Assembly: GCA_002269645.1 (NCBI GenBank)
Contig: NIVC01000022.1
Span: forward strand, 434,001 to 498,000
Direction: 5' to 3'
DNA from: Macrostomum lignano
Lineage: Eukaryota
DNA: 64,000 bases
Position numbers and translations under genes: made by a program. The notes beneath the pieces are model-generated. The model did not search any database. It was not told where the DNA came from and saw only the letters and a list, made by a program, of their open reading frames with translations. Positions 23,864 to 36,489 of this stretch are shown in pieces (the first letter of the stretch is position 1; each line of letters starts with the position of its first letter).

Positions 23864-24220
23864 TGTCTGTTGTGTGTGTGTGTGTGTCTGTCTGTCTTGT
23901 CTGTCTGTCTCTCTTTTGTGTGTGTGTGTGTGTGTGTGTGTCTGTCTGTCTGTTGTGTGTGTGTGTGTGTCTGTCTGTCTGTCTGTCTGTCTTAGTGTCT
24001 GTCTTGTTCCTGTCTATCTGTTGTGTGTGTCTGTCTGTCTGTCTGTCTGTCTTAGTGTCTGTCTTGTTCCTGTCTATCTGTTGTGTGTGTGTGTCTGTCT
24101 GTCTGTCTGTCTGTCTGTCTTAGTGTCTGTCTTGTTCCTGTCTATCTGTTGTGTGTGTCTGTCTTTCTTAGTGTCTGTCTGTCTGTTGTGTGTGTCTGTC
24201 TGCCTGTCTGTCTGTCTCTA
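23618..24220. repeat. Compound (TG)n/(TCTG)n microsatellite
   Basis: Direct reading. Confidence 0.97.
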
Positions 24221-24448
24221 TCTGCATGTCTGGAGAGACTGTCAGGACAGCTCCAAATTCTGTCTGTACAGACCAGGGCTGAATGAGGGTGCATTGGATA
24301 AGGTTATAAAATATCTGTTTATCATGGAAAGCTGAGCAGCACCAGCGCATTCTCGGCTCTGAAGAACAAGCGATAGAAAAGTTGCGCCTGCACGCACGCA
24401 GAGTCGTTGACGCGCGACAGCCGCTGGCTGCATATTGCCAAGGCATTT

Positions 24449-24603
24449 TCAGTTGCCTGCAGCGCTTGCCGTTGCGCTTCTGTTCACTGATGAAGGAAGC
24501 TGCGGCTGCTCCTGGCGAAGCTGCTGATTGGGCATGCCGGACTGGTAGTAGGACCTGCGCACTGCGGGTGGGGCAGTACCGGTCAATGTAATAACTGCCT
24601 CAT
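24449..24603 (-). CDS. Uncharacterised single-pass membrane protein, last coding exon
   Basis: CCACAG|AT acceptor fits the phase-1 donor at 25684. Reads DEAVITLTGTAPPAVRRSYYQ...AAGN*. Confidence 0.55.
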
Positions 24604-24654
24604 CTGTGGCTTTTGTATTAACCTCATCACACCAGCACCATCTCATTCTCTTGT

Positions 24655-24755
24655 CTCACTCTACTCTCCCATCTCTACTCTCCCATCTCACTCTACTATC
24701 CCATCTCACTCTACTCTCCCATCTCACTCTACTCTCCAATCTCACTCTACTATCC
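24655..24755. repeat. 18-bp minisatellite (CTACTCTCCCATCTCACT)n
   Basis: About 5 tandem units near the intron acceptor. Confidence 0.85.
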
Positions 24756-24789
24756 AATTTCAAACTACAAATAAATATTCAATTTGATG

Positions 24790-25665
24790 GCTAATCCAGC
24801 CAACAAGGATGCAGGAACAGAATGGATGGCTAATCTAGCCCACATGGATGCAGGAATGGATTGCTAATCTAGCCAGCATGGATGCAGGAATGGATTGCTA
24901 ATCTAGCCAGCATGGATGCAGCATGGATTGCTAATCTAGCCAGCATGGATGCAGGAATGGATTGCTAATCTAGCCAGCATGGATGCAGGAATGGATTGCT
25001 AATCTAGCCAGCATGGATGCAACATGGATTGCTAATCTAGCCAGCATGGATGCAGAATGGATTGCTAATCTAGCCAGCATGGATGCAGGAATGGATTGCT
25101 AATCTAGCCAGCATGGATGCAGGAATGGATTGCTAATCTAGCCAGCATGGATGCAGGAATGGATTGCTAATCTAGCCAGCATGGATGCAGCATGGATTGC
25201 TAATCTAGCCAGCATGGATGCAGCATGGATTGCTAATCTAGCCAGCATGGATGCAGCATGGATTGCTAATCTAGCCAGCATGGATGCAGCATGGATTGCT
25301 AATCTAGCCAGCATGGATGCAGCATGGATTGCTAATCTAGCCAGCATGGATGCAGCATGGATTGCTAATCTAGCCAGCATGGATGCAGCATGGATTGCTA
25401 ATCTAGCCAGCATGGATGCAGCATGGATTGCTAATCTAGCCAGCATGGATGCAGCATGGATTGCTAATCTAGCCAGCATGGATGCAGCATGGATTGCTAA
25501 TCTAGCCAGCATGGATGCAGCATGGATTGCTAATCTAGCCAGCATGGATGCAGCATGGATTGCTAATCTAGCCAGCATGGATGCAGCATGGATTGCTAAT
25601 CTAGCCAGCATGGATGCAGCATGGATTGCTAATCTAGCCAGCATGGATGCAGCATGGATTGCTAG
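24790..25665. repeat. 33-bp intronic minisatellite (TGGATTGCTAATCTAGCCAGCATGGATGCAGCA)n
   Basis: Highly homogeneous tandem array; source of the WIANLASMDAA ORFs. Confidence 0.97.
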
Positions 25666-25684
25666 TCTTCTCAATCAGCCTCAC

Positions 25685-26129
25685 CCAGGTCGTCGATGTG
25701 GTCGGACATGGACAGCGTGACGCCCACCAGGATGACGCAGATGGCCAGCAGCACGAAGGCCACCGCCATGACCACCCGGGCGATTCGCTTCTGCTTCTCG
25801 GTCGGCGGGCTGGCCTCCGAGTTGATGACCACCGTGGGCGGATCTGGCGGCAGAAGGTCGTCAGCGTCGCCGGAGTAGCTGTTCAGCAGCTCGATGGGCG
25901 AGATGGGCGCCAGCTCCACGCCGAGGCTGACGCTGCCGCCGCCGACGCCGCTGCAGACCGTGGAGGCGGCGCCGCACCATCTGTCAGTTCGAACGTCGTC
26001 TTCGATGTACACCGTGTGGTGCTGCTGATGCTGGTGCTGGTGTCGGGGATGCTGATGATGATGCTGATGGTGATGCTGGTGATGCAGCAGCTGGCAGTGG
26101 TGGCAGAATGCCCGGTCAGGCTGCAGCAT
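25685..26129 (-). CDS. Uncharacterised His-rich single-pass membrane protein, coding exon 1
   Basis: GCAGCCATG start, GC-rich codon usage and a His/Gln run. One TM helix (KQKRIARVVMAVAFVLLAICVILVGVTLSMSDHIDDL). Donor CTGG|GTGAGG. Confidence 0.7.
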
Positions 26130-26149
26130 GGCTGCCCTGGACTTGATTC

Positions 26150-26384
26150 GCACAGGTGTTGAACTCCTCCTGGCACTGCACAGGTGTTGAACTCCTCCTG
26201 GCACTGCACAGGTGTTGAACTCCTCCTGGCACTGCACAGGTGTTGAACTTCTCCTGGCACTGCACAGGTGTTGAACTCCTCCTGGCACTGCACAGGTGTT
26301 GAACTCCTCCTGGCACTGCACAGGTGTTGAACTCCTCCTGGCACTGCACAGGTGTTGAACTCCTCCTGGCACTGCACAGGTGTT
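26150..26384. repeat. 28-bp minisatellite (CACAGGTGTTGAACTCCTCCTGGCACTG)n
   Basis: About 8 near-identical units immediately upstream of the coding exon. Confidence 0.95.
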
Positions 26385-26446
26385 GCAGTCAATGAATTAA
26401 GAGGAATTAGCCTCTCACAGGGTGGCACATTTTCACATAAACACTG

Positions 26447-27141
26447 TCATCTGACATAACAAAAAATTGCCATCTGACACAATCAAAGCTACCATCTGAC
26501 ACAATCAAAGCTACCATCTGACACAATCAAAGCTACCATCTGACACAATCAAAGCTACCATCTGACACAATCAAAGCTACCATCTGACACAATCAAAGCT
26601 ACCATCTGACACAATCAAAGCTACCATCTGACACAATCAAAGCTACCATCTGACACAATCAAAGCTACCATCTGACACAATCAAAGCTACCATCTGACAC
26701 AATCAAAGCTACCATCTGACACAATCAAAGCTACCATCTGACACAATCAAAGCTACCATCTGACACAATCAAAGCTACCATCTGACACAATCAAAGCTAC
26801 CATCTGACACAATCAAAGCTACCATCTGACACAATCAAAGCTACCATCTGACACAATCAAAGCTACCATCTGACACAATCAAAGCTACCATCTGACACAA
26901 TCAAAGCTACCATCTGACATAATCAAAGCTACTATCTGACATAATCAAAGCTACCATCTGACACAATCAAAGCTACCATCTGACACAATCAAAGCTACCA
27001 TCTGACACAATCAAAGCTACCATCTGACACAATCAAAGCTACCATCTGACATAATCAAAGCTACTATCTGACATAATCAAAGCTACCATCTGACATAATC
27101 AAAGCTACTATCTGACACAATCAAAGCTACTATCTGACACA
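26447..27141. repeat. 22-bp minisatellite (CATCTGACACAATCAAAGCTAC)n
   Basis: About 30 tandem units. Confidence 0.97.
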
Positions 27142-28508
27142 ATTGTCAGATTGCACAACTGGGCAAAAAGGGCAAAAAATTACCAAAATCCGATAAGCGT
27201 AAGAAGCAGAAATCTGCGGCCTCACTCTGCAGTGATTGTCAATAATTTAGCAGGACATTCGGCAGTCGCAAGCGGGCAGCGCAGACGCCAAGGAGATGTC
27301 AAAAATTGCCAACCGGGGCTGAAGCGGAATTGGCAGCAGCTGATTGTGTCATGCCAGCGACTGCAGCACAATGGAGCCACTTTATGCCTTGAGTCCTGGC
27401 CTCTGCCCTCCAATCCGCTTCCCCAATACAGTTATTAATTTTTGCTCTCGAGCACGTCGGAGTCCTCACTGACGTCAATGCAGCAGGGAAGCTTGCTATT
27501 CAACTGCTTTGTTCCCAGCAGCCGGGAGATGCAGATCGGGAGAGACAAAGCCGGGAAGTGGCTGCTAAATTTGGAACAGGATGGGGTGGGCGTCTGAAGC
27601 TCTTTTGTTATTATTTCCCCAGAGAGAGAGAGAGAGGCCCTGATTGAAAGCTTCTCAAAGCAGCTTGTCTGTCTGTCTGCCGCTGTTGCAGAAACTGCTT
27701 TTAGCAGAGGCCTGCCTGCTCGATTGGCTGGAGAGGAGGTGTCGCTAGCTAGGAGTAAAGTCACGTCTTATCCGCCTTGGGAGCTGAACACGCGCCAGCC
27801 AGCCAAGCTCAGCTGCTCTGCTTCCTTTCTTGTCCTCCTCCTCGCCTTGAGAACCGCCGGGCCGCCCTCTCCTGCCGATTCACCCACCCCCCGCCCCGAG
27901 TTAATAATAGCAACTGCATGAACTGCGGCAGCTGGGCCCCGCGTGCTGCCCAGAGGGGGGGTAGGGGATTTGCGTGAGTGCGCGGCTGAGCAGGCGGACT
28001 AAGAGGCTTGGAAAGGGGAGCCGAGGAAGGGGCAGAAATAACTGCCTGAGGACTGCAGGCAGGGAGAGGGGAGTCAGTGGGTTTGAGAGCGGGACAGAGG
28101 GAGAAATACAGTGCCGAAAATCCCCATGCTGTCTGTACCAGACCGGTCGGGCCTGGGCAGAGTGGTCCGGATTGAAAATTGGATATTGGTCCCGTGGCTC
28201 ACAAGCCCGTGTAGGCTCACTCCGAGTGTAGGCTCAAGCGCGATATTAGAGACGCGGAGATTGAAGTACGCTTCGGCACACTTCTCAAGTCACTCTTTGC
28301 CACCCCCTTTTCTCATCCGCTCTGGAGGTGAATTGATGCAGATAGATCGATAAAAGCCGATATGTATGTGTGTATGCCATATGCAGCATGCATTGGGTGC
28401 GAAGAACTCAAGCTCTCGTGGCTGGCGTGAAATTCGTGCCAGAAAAATTTATGGTCCTCGCCAGAGTGACCGCGGCGATGAGTTTATCTGGCCATATATC
28501 TTGCAGCG

Positions 28509-29250
28509 CTGCTGGGCCAGCCTCCCAGATCCTCAGTTGCTGAGCCAGCCTCACAGATCCTCAGTTGCTGAGCCAGCCTCCCAGATCCCCAGTTGCTGGG
28601 CCTCCCAGATCCTCAGTTGCTGGGCCAGCCTTCCAGATCCCGTTGCTGGGCCAGCCTCCCAGATCCTCAGTTGCTGGGCCAGCCTCCCAGATCCTCAGTT
28701 GCTGGGCCAGCCTTCCAGATCTCCAGTTGCTGGGCCTCCCAGATCCTCAGTTGCTGGGCCAGCCTCCCAGATCCTCAGTTGCTGGGCCTCCCAGATCCTC
28801 AGTTGCTGGGCCAGCCTCCCAGATCCTCAGTTGCTGGGCCTCCCAGATCCTCAGTTGCTGGGCCAGCCTTCCAGATCCCGTTGCTGGGCCAGCCTCCCAG
28901 ATCCTCAGTTGCTGGGCCTCCCAGATCCTCAGTTGCTGGGCCTCCCAGATCCTCAGTTGCTGGGCCAGCCTTCCAGATCTCCAGTTGCTGGGCCAGCCTC
29001 CTAGATCCCAGTTGATGGGTCAGCCTTCCAGATCCCCAGTTGCTGGGCCAGCCTCCTAGATCCCAGTTGATGGGTCAGCCTTCCAGATCCCCAGTTGCTG
29101 GGTCAGCCTCCCAGATCCCCAGTTGCTGGGCCAGCCTCCCAGATCCCCAGTTGCTGGGCCAGCCTCCCAGATCCCCAGTAGCTGGGCCAGCCTCCCAGAT
29201 CCCCAGTTGCTGGGCCAGCCTCCCAGATCCCCAGTTGCTGGGTCAGCCTC
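28509..29250. repeat. 28/23-bp minisatellite (GCTGGGCCAGCCTCCCAGATCCTCAGTT)n
   Basis: Tandem units with 5-nt deletion variants. Confidence 0.95.
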
Positions 29251-30026
29251 CCTTGTCAGCAATGTTTACATTGCACAGTCAGCTAAGAAATCGCATCTTG
29301 CAGCAGTAGCTTCGGTCCTGCCCATAGACAATAGACGGAGAAGGCAAGCAAGTTGAGAGTTCGGCCATAGACATCCCAGTAAAATAAGGATGCCACCAGA
29401 CAAGGAATTCTAAATCTATACTGTATTTGCTAGATTTAGAATTCCTTGCATCAGAGCAGACTGGAACCCAGTCAGACAGAATAATTAAATAAATGACACA
29501 GCAAAAAGTTCCAGAAATATTTTCTCTGTCATGAAAACTGTGACGGACTCCAAATTATTTGTGCAGGGCAGCCCTGCCAGCCAAGACGCAGGTGTGACAA
29601 TCGCGCGCCTGTAATTATAACCCAGATTGCATACATATTATTACAGTTCTGAGCAACTCTTTAATGTTAAATCGACTGAAAATGCAGGTGAAATAATTAA
29701 TTAATTGATAAGGACACACAATTCAAAGCAGGTCGTCAATCAACAGCAAACCAAAGAACATTTCGCAGACAAAAAAACGTGTCCTATAAAACACCGACAC
29801 ACTACTCAGCGGAATAAGTAGTTAAAACGCGTTTTCTATATGAACCCCCTAATGATTACTGAATATATAAAATTTAAAAGCCAGCCGAATCCAGCTAGCA
29901 GAGAAACCGCGGGCCCAAGCTGGCGGTGCTAAATGCACAGAGTGCGAATAAATCCAGCCGCAGTTTGTACAAGTAGTAGCAGTAGTATGTATTGAGTATA
30001 TGCTACTTCACTCCTGGCCTGCTAGC

Positions 30027-30348
30027 TTAGTTGTCGCCGCCGCCGGAGAAGCGGCCTCGCTTGGCTGGTGGGCCGCCGCGGCCGCCGCCACCGCGTCCTC
30101 GGCCGCCGCCGCGACCTCCGCGGCCTCCGCGACCGCCGCGACCGCCGCCGCGACCGCCGCCACCACCGCGGTTGGCGCGGGACTCGTACTGCTGCTGACG
30201 GGCCTGGAACACCAGGGCCCACAGCCTGTCCTCCTCCTCGCCAGTTGGCACCGTGCCAGTCAGCTCGGCCTCGCGAAATTTCACCGAGCCGCCTTTGGCT
30301 TCGCACAGCTTTGCCCAGGCCGGGGCGGCTGAGTTCTCCTCCTTGAAT
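30027..30348 (-). CDS. SSB: La protein (lupus La/SSB), exon 4 (RRM2 end, RGG tail, NLS)
   Basis: CCGCAG|A acceptor (phase 2). Reads RFKEENSAAPAWAKL...EEEDRLWALV then (RGGG)n and PPAKRGRF, ending in TAA. Confidence 0.85.
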
Positions 30349-30359
30349 CTGCGGAGTGC

Positions 30360-33350
30360 GGGCGATTCTGGGGTCTGATGGCCGATTCTGGGGAGTCTGA
30401 TGGCCGATTCTGGGGTCTGATGGATGGGCGATTCTGGGGAGTCTGATGGCCGATTCTGGGGAGTCTGATGGCCGATTCTGGGGTCTGATGGATGGGCGAT
30501 TCTGGGGAGTCTGATGGCCGATTCTGGGGAGTCTGATGGCCGATTCTGGGGAGTGTGATGGCCGATTCTGGGGAGTGTGATGGCCGATTCTGGGGAGTGT
30601 GATGGCCGATTCTGGGGAGTGTGATGGCCGATTCTGAGGAGTGTGATGGCCGATTCTGAGGAGACTGATGGCCGATTCTGGGGAGTCTGATGGCCGATTC
30701 TGGGGAGTCTGATGGCCGATTCTGGGGAGTCTGATGGCCGATTCTGGGGTCTGATGGCCGATTCTGGGGAGTCTGATGGGCGATTCTGGGGAGTCTGATG
30801 GGCGATTCTGGGGTTTGATGGGCGATTCTGGGGAGTCTGATGGGCGATTCTGGGGAGTCTGATGGGCGATTCTGGGGAGTCTGATGGGCGATTCTGGGGA
30901 GTCTGATGGGCGATTCTGGGGAGTCTGATGGGCGATTCTGGGGTTTGATGGGCGATTCTGGGGAGTCTGATGGGCGATTCTGGGGTCTGATGGCCAATTC
31001 TGGGGAGTCTGATGGCCGATTCTGGGGTCTGATGGCCGATTCTGGGGAGTCTGATGGCCGATTCTGGGGAGTCTGATGGCCGATTCTGGGGTTTGATGGG
31101 CGATTCTGAGGAGACTGATGGGCGATTCTGGGGAGTCTGATGGCCGATTCTGGGGTTTGATGGGCGATTCTGGGGTCTGATGGATGGGCGATTCTGGGGA
31201 GTCTGATGGCCGATTCTGGGGTCTGATGGCCGATTCTGGGGAGTCTGATGGCCGATTCTGGGGAGTCTGATGGCCAATTCTGGGGAGTCTGATGGCCGAT
31301 TCTGGGGAGTCTGATGGCCGATTCTGGGGAGTCTGATGGCCGATTCTGGGGAGTGTGATGGCCGATTCTGGGGAGTCTGATGGCCGATTCTGGGGAGTCT
31401 GATGGCCAATTCTGGGGAGTCTGATGGCCGATTCTGGGGTCTGGTGGGCGATTCTGGGGAGTCTGATGGGCGATTCTGGGGAGTCTGATGGGCGATTCTG
31501 GGGTCTGATGGCCGATTCTGGGGAGTGTGATGGCCGATTCTGGGGAGTGTGATGGCCGATTCTGGGGAGTCTGATGGCCGATTCTGGGGAGTCTGATGGC
31601 CGATTCTGGGGAGTCTGATGGCCGATTCTGGGGAGTGTGATGGCCGATTCTGGGGAGTCTGATGGCCGATTCTGGGGAGTCTGATGGCCAATTCTGGGGA
31701 GTCTGATGGCCGATTCTGGGGAGTGTGATGGCCGATTCTGGGGAGTGTGATGGCCGATTCTGGGGAGTCTGATGGCCGATTCTGGGGAGTCTGATGGCCG
31801 ATTCTGGGGAGTCTGATGGCCGATTCTGGGAGTGTGATGGCCGATTCTGGGGAGTGTGATGGCCGATTCTGGGGTCTGGTGGGCGATTCTGGGGAGTCTG
31901 ATGGGCGATTCTGGGGAGTCTGATGGGCGATTCTGGGGTCTGATGGATGGGCGATTCTGGGGAGTCTGATGGGCGATTCTGGGGAGTCTGATGGGCGATT
32001 CTGGGGTCTGATGGGTGGGCGATTCTGGGGAGTCTGATGGCCGATTCTGGGGAGTCTGATGGCCGATTCTGGGGAGTCTGATGGCCGATTCTGGGGAGTG
32101 TGATGGCCGATTCTGGGAGTGTGATGGCCGATTCTGGGGAGTCTGATGGCCGATTCTGGGAGTCTGATGGCCGATTCTGGGAGTCTGATGGCCGATTCTG
32201 GGGAGTGTGATGGCCGATTCTGGGAGTCTGATGGCCGATTCTGGGAGTCTGATGGCCAATTCTGGGGAGTCTGATGGCCGATTCTGGGGAGTGTGATGGC
32301 CGATTCTGGGGAGTGTGATGGCCGATTCTGGGGAGTCTGATGGCCGATTCTGGGGAGTCTGATGGCCGATTCTGGGGAGTCTGATGGCCGATTCTGGGGA
32401 GTGTGATGGCCGATTCTGGGGAGTGTGATGGCCGATTCTGGGGTCTGGTGGGCGATTCTGGGGAGTCTGATGGGCGATTCTGGGGAGTCTGATGGGCGAT
32501 TCTGGGGTCTGATGGATGGGCGATTCTGGGGAGTCTGATGGCCGATTCTGGGGAGTCTGATGGCCGATTCTGGGGAGTCTGATGGCCGATTCTGGGGAGT
32601 GTGATGGCCGATTCTGGGGAGTGTGATGGCCGATTCTGGGGAGACTGATGGCCGATTCTGGGGAGTCTGATGGCCGATTCTGGGGAGTCTGATGGCCGAT
32701 TCTGGGGAGTCTGATGGCCGATTCTGGGGAGTGTGATGGCCGATTCTGGGGAGTGTGATGGCCGATTCTGGGGTCTGGTGGGCGATTCTGGGGAGTCTGA
32801 TGGCCGATTCTGGGGTTTGATGGGCGATTCTGGGGAGTCTGATGGGCGATTCTGGGGAGTCTGATGGGCGATTCTGGGGTCTGATGGATGGGCGATTCTG
32901 GGGAGTCTGATGGCCGATTCTGGGGAGTCTGATGGCCGATTCTGGGGAGTCTGATGGCCGATTCTGGGGAGTGTGATGGCCGATTCTGGGGAGTGTGATG
33001 GCCGATTCTGGGGTCTGATGGATGGGCGATTCTGGGGAGTCTGATGGCCGATTCTGGGGAGTCTGATGGCCGATTCTGGGGAGTCTGATGGCCGATTCTG
33101 GGGAGTGTGATGGCCGATTCTGGGGAGTGTGATGGCCGATTCTGGGGTCTGGTGGGCGATTCTGGGGAGTCTGATGGGCGATTCTGGGGAGTCTGATGGC
33201 CGATTCTGGGGTCTGATGGGCGATTCTGGGGAGTCTGATGGGCGATTCTGGGGAGTCTGATGGGCGATTCTGGGGTCTGATGGCCGATTCTGGGGTCTGA
33301 TGGGCGATTCTGGGGAGTCTGATGGCCGTTTCTGGGGAGTCTGACGGGCG
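30360..33350. repeat. 22/20-bp intronic minisatellite (GATGGCCGATTCTGGGGAGTCT)n
   Basis: A 3-kb array filling La intron 3; source of the 745-1111-aa spurious ORFs. Confidence 0.97.
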
Positions 33351-33383
33351 ATTCCAGAGCACACCAAGATCAATAAGAATTAC

Positions 33384-33646
33384 CTGGCATAGAGGACTGA
33401 CTCGTAGAAGTCCAGATAAAAGTCCTTGCCAAAGGCGTCGCCCAGGTCGGCCCGCAGTTCCTGGAACAGTATGGTCAGCTTGGCCTTGTCGTCGGGCTCG
33501 GGGACCCCATCAATCCTGAGCAGGCTGCCGCGGACAATCTTAGCCTTCAATTTCTCCTTGTCGATGGCCGCCTTGGCTTCGAGTCGTTTCGCTTCGATCT
33601 CGGCGCGGCGCTTTGAGTTCTCCTGGCGCTGCAGCTGAGTGCGCTC
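33384..33646 (-). CDS. SSB: La protein, exon 3 (linker + RRM2 start)
   Basis: CTAG|GAG ... GCCAG|GTAATT. Reads ERTQLQRQENSKRR...IVRGSLLRIDGV...DFYLDFYESVLYAR, in phase with its neighbours. Confidence 0.8.
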
Positions 33647-33779
33647 CTAGTGGATTGTGGCGACGTGGATTCCAGAATTTGTTGCTAAGAAATTGGGATT
33701 TGTTGAGACTAGACTGGGATTTTCGCTGCTGTCGGATTGGAAAGTTTTTGTTACTAAGGCATTGGGATTTGTGCTGCTA

Positions 33780-34135
33780 TGCGATTGGGATTTTGTTGCT
33801 ATGGGGTCGGGATTTTTGTTGCTATGGGATTGGGATTTTTGTTGCTATGGGATTGGGATTTTTGTTGCTATGGGATTGGGATTTTTGTTGCTATGGGATT
33901 GGGATTTTTGTTGCTATGGGATTGGGATTTTCGTTGCTATGGGATTGGGATTTTCGTTGCTAAGGGATAGGGATTTTTGTTGCTAAGGGATAGGGATTTT
34001 TGTTGCTATGGGATTGGGATTTTTGTTGCTATGGGATTGGGATTTTTGTTGCTATGGGATTGGGATTTTCGTTGCCAAGGCGTTGGGATTTTTGTTGCTA
34101 AGGCATTGGGATTTTTGTTGCTAAGGGATTGGGAT
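33780..34135. repeat. 23-bp intronic minisatellite (GTTGCTATGGGATTGGGATTTTT)n
   Basis: Tandem units in La intron 2. Confidence 0.93.
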
Positions 34136-34437
34136 TCTTAATATGGCTTTAGGATTCTGTTAATAGTTTGGCTGCGATGGGAAAATTGCGATAATTTGAA
34201 ACTCTGGGATTGGAGCTCTATCTACAGGTCTGGGCGTCTGGGATACCTTGTCTTTGATTTACAACTTGGATTATCATTAGCTTAGGGATTAGGGTGTTTA
34301 GTCACTGGGATTAAGGTACATAACAATATTTCCTGTGGGGAACCTGGCCGGCAACCAAGCTTAGGATTGGGGAATCTAGTAAGCGGGAATTAAGGATAAG
34401 GAAAAAAGGTGGGCGCAGATGCCACCGAACTCCGCAC

Positions 34438-34729
34438 CTTTTTCCTGGCAAAATGCTCCTCGCGCCACATCCGCTCAGCCAGGGCTTCGCCGCGGAATTT
34501 CACCTTGTCATCGTCGGCCGGGCAGGTCAGGAAGGCATTGGCGGCCTCCTTGTCGGCGTAGGTGGCGTACACGCTGCCCTTGAACTTCTTCGTGTTCACG
34601 TCCTTGCGCATCTGGATGTGCAGGGTGCGGCCGAACTGCTCAAGAAACGGCTGCACCTCGTCAAGGGTGGCGTCTTCTGGGAAGCCTTTGGCGTACACGG
34701 CGGAGTCTTTGTGCTTCTGCACCGCCTCT
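34438..34729 (-). CDS. SSB: La protein, exon 2 (RRM1)
   Basis: SAVYAKGFPEDATLDEVQPFLEQFG...KKFKGSVYATY contains the La RRM1 RNP2/RNP1 motifs. AACAG|A acceptor and AAG|GTGCGG donor. Confidence 0.9.
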
Positions 34730-34779
34730 CTGTTGGCGGGGTGGATAGGAACCGGGATGCCAAATTAGCCACGAATCCC

Positions 34780-36010
34780 ACCTGGATTACCCAGATCCAG
34801 GATTACCCAAATCCCATCTGGATTATTCAAATCCCATCTGGATTATACAAATCTTACCTGGATTATCCAAATCCTATCTGGATTATACAAATCCCATCTG
34901 GATTATCCAAATCTTACCTGGATTATCCAAATCCTATCTGGATTATACAAATCCCATCTGGATTATCCAAATCTTACCTGGATTATTCAAATCCCATCTG
35001 GATTATACAAATCTTACCTGGATTATACAAATCTCACCTGGATTATCCAAATCCTATCTGGATTATACAAATCTCACCTGGATTATCCAAATCCTATCTG
35101 GATTATACAAATCTCACCTGGATTATCCAAATCCTATCTGGATTATACAAATCTCACCTGGATTATTCAAATCCTATCTGGATTATTCAAATCCCATCTG
35201 GATTATTCAAATCCCATCTGGATTATACAAATCTCACCTGGATTATTCAAATCCTATCTGGATTATTCAAATCCCATCTGGATTATTCAAATCCCATCTG
35301 GATTATTCAAATCCTATCTGGATTATACAAATCCTATCTGGATTATACAAATCTCACCTGGATTATCCAAATCCTATCTGGATTATACAAATCCCATCTG
35401 GATTATACAAATCTCACCTGGATTATCCAAATCCCATCTGGATTATTCAAATCCTATCTGGATTATTCAAATCCCATCTGGATTATCCAAATCCCATCTG
35501 GATTATCCAAATCCCATCTGGATTATACAAATCTCACCTGGATTATCCAAATCCTATCTGGATTATACAAATCCCATCTGGATTATACAAATCTCACCTG
35601 GATTATTCAAATCCCATCTGGATTATCCAAATCCCATCTGGATTATACAAATCCTATCTGGATTATACAAATCTCACCTGGATTATCCAAATCCCATCTG
35701 GATTATCCAAATCCCATCTGGATTATACAAATCTCACCTGGATTATCCAAATCCCATCTGGATTATACAAATCCCATCTGGATTATACAAATCCCATCTG
35801 GATTATCCAAATCCCATCTGGATTATACAAATCTCACCTGGATTATCCAAATCCCATCTGGATTATACAAATCCCATCTGGATTATACAAATCTCACCTG
35901 GATTATCCAAATCCCATCTGGATCAACATCAACCCAAAATCCCATCAGGATTATACAAATCTTACCTGGATTATACAAATCTTACCTGGATTATCCAAAT
36001 CCCATCTGGA
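34780..36010. repeat. 20-bp intronic minisatellite (GATTATACAAATCCCATCTG)n
   Basis: Tandem units in La intron 1. Confidence 0.97.
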
Positions 36011-36055
36011 TCAACATCAACCCAAAATCCCATCCTGAAAAATCCCCAGTCTCAC

Positions 36056-36351
36056 CTGAAGGAGTCGGGCGGAGGCGCGGAGACTACCCTGCGCACCTTG
36101 GAGTCGTCCTCGCTGAGCTCAATCAGTTCGGATTTCACAGCCTTGAGCGCGGCCACGATATTGTCGGCGTTCTCGGCAACAGACTTCAGCCGCTTGAACT
36201 TCAGCATGGTGTCCAGAGTGAACCAGCCGTCGTCGACCTTCATTTGTTCTTGCATGAACTTGTCTTTCGGCAGGTTGATGTCGCCGAAATAGTACTCCAG
36301 CTGTTTGACAATTTTGTTCGATTGAGCATCTTCTTGGGCGTTCTCTGACAT
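36056..36351 (-). CDS. SSB: La protein, exon 1 (La motif)
   Basis: KIVKQLEYYFGDINLPKDKFMQEQMKVDDGWFTLDTMLKFKRLK is a canonical La motif. Donor AG|GTGAG. The joined CDS is 1173 nt (390 aa). Confidence 0.93.
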
Positions 36352-36489
36352 TGTGCCGGTTCCACTTGGCTGCAGTGGAAATTTGAGCAGTTTGTCAGCA
36401 AGCATGGAAGGTGCTGCAGTAGAGAATAATCTATCAAAATACTAGCGTATGGTGGGCTGGAAAGGGACACAGGAAAAGCATCAAAAGGA

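Noticed and set aside
22172-24335. SVCL/RQTD/VCVC ORFs
   Set aside because: Translations of (TCTG)n and (TG)n microsatellites.
28265-28285. CGCTTCGGCA resembling the U6 snRNA 5' stem
   Set aside because: Only about 10 nt match; no ACAGAGA box or rest of U6.
30022-33373. 745-, 1030- and 1111-aa ORFs (PRIGHQTPQNRPSDSPESAIRL repeats)
   Set aside because: All three minus frames are open because the 22-bp unit has no stop. The array lies between canonical splice sites of La intron 3.
34453-36348. 631-aa plus-strand ORF
   Set aside because: Antisense to La exons plus a stop-free 20-bp array; not a gene.
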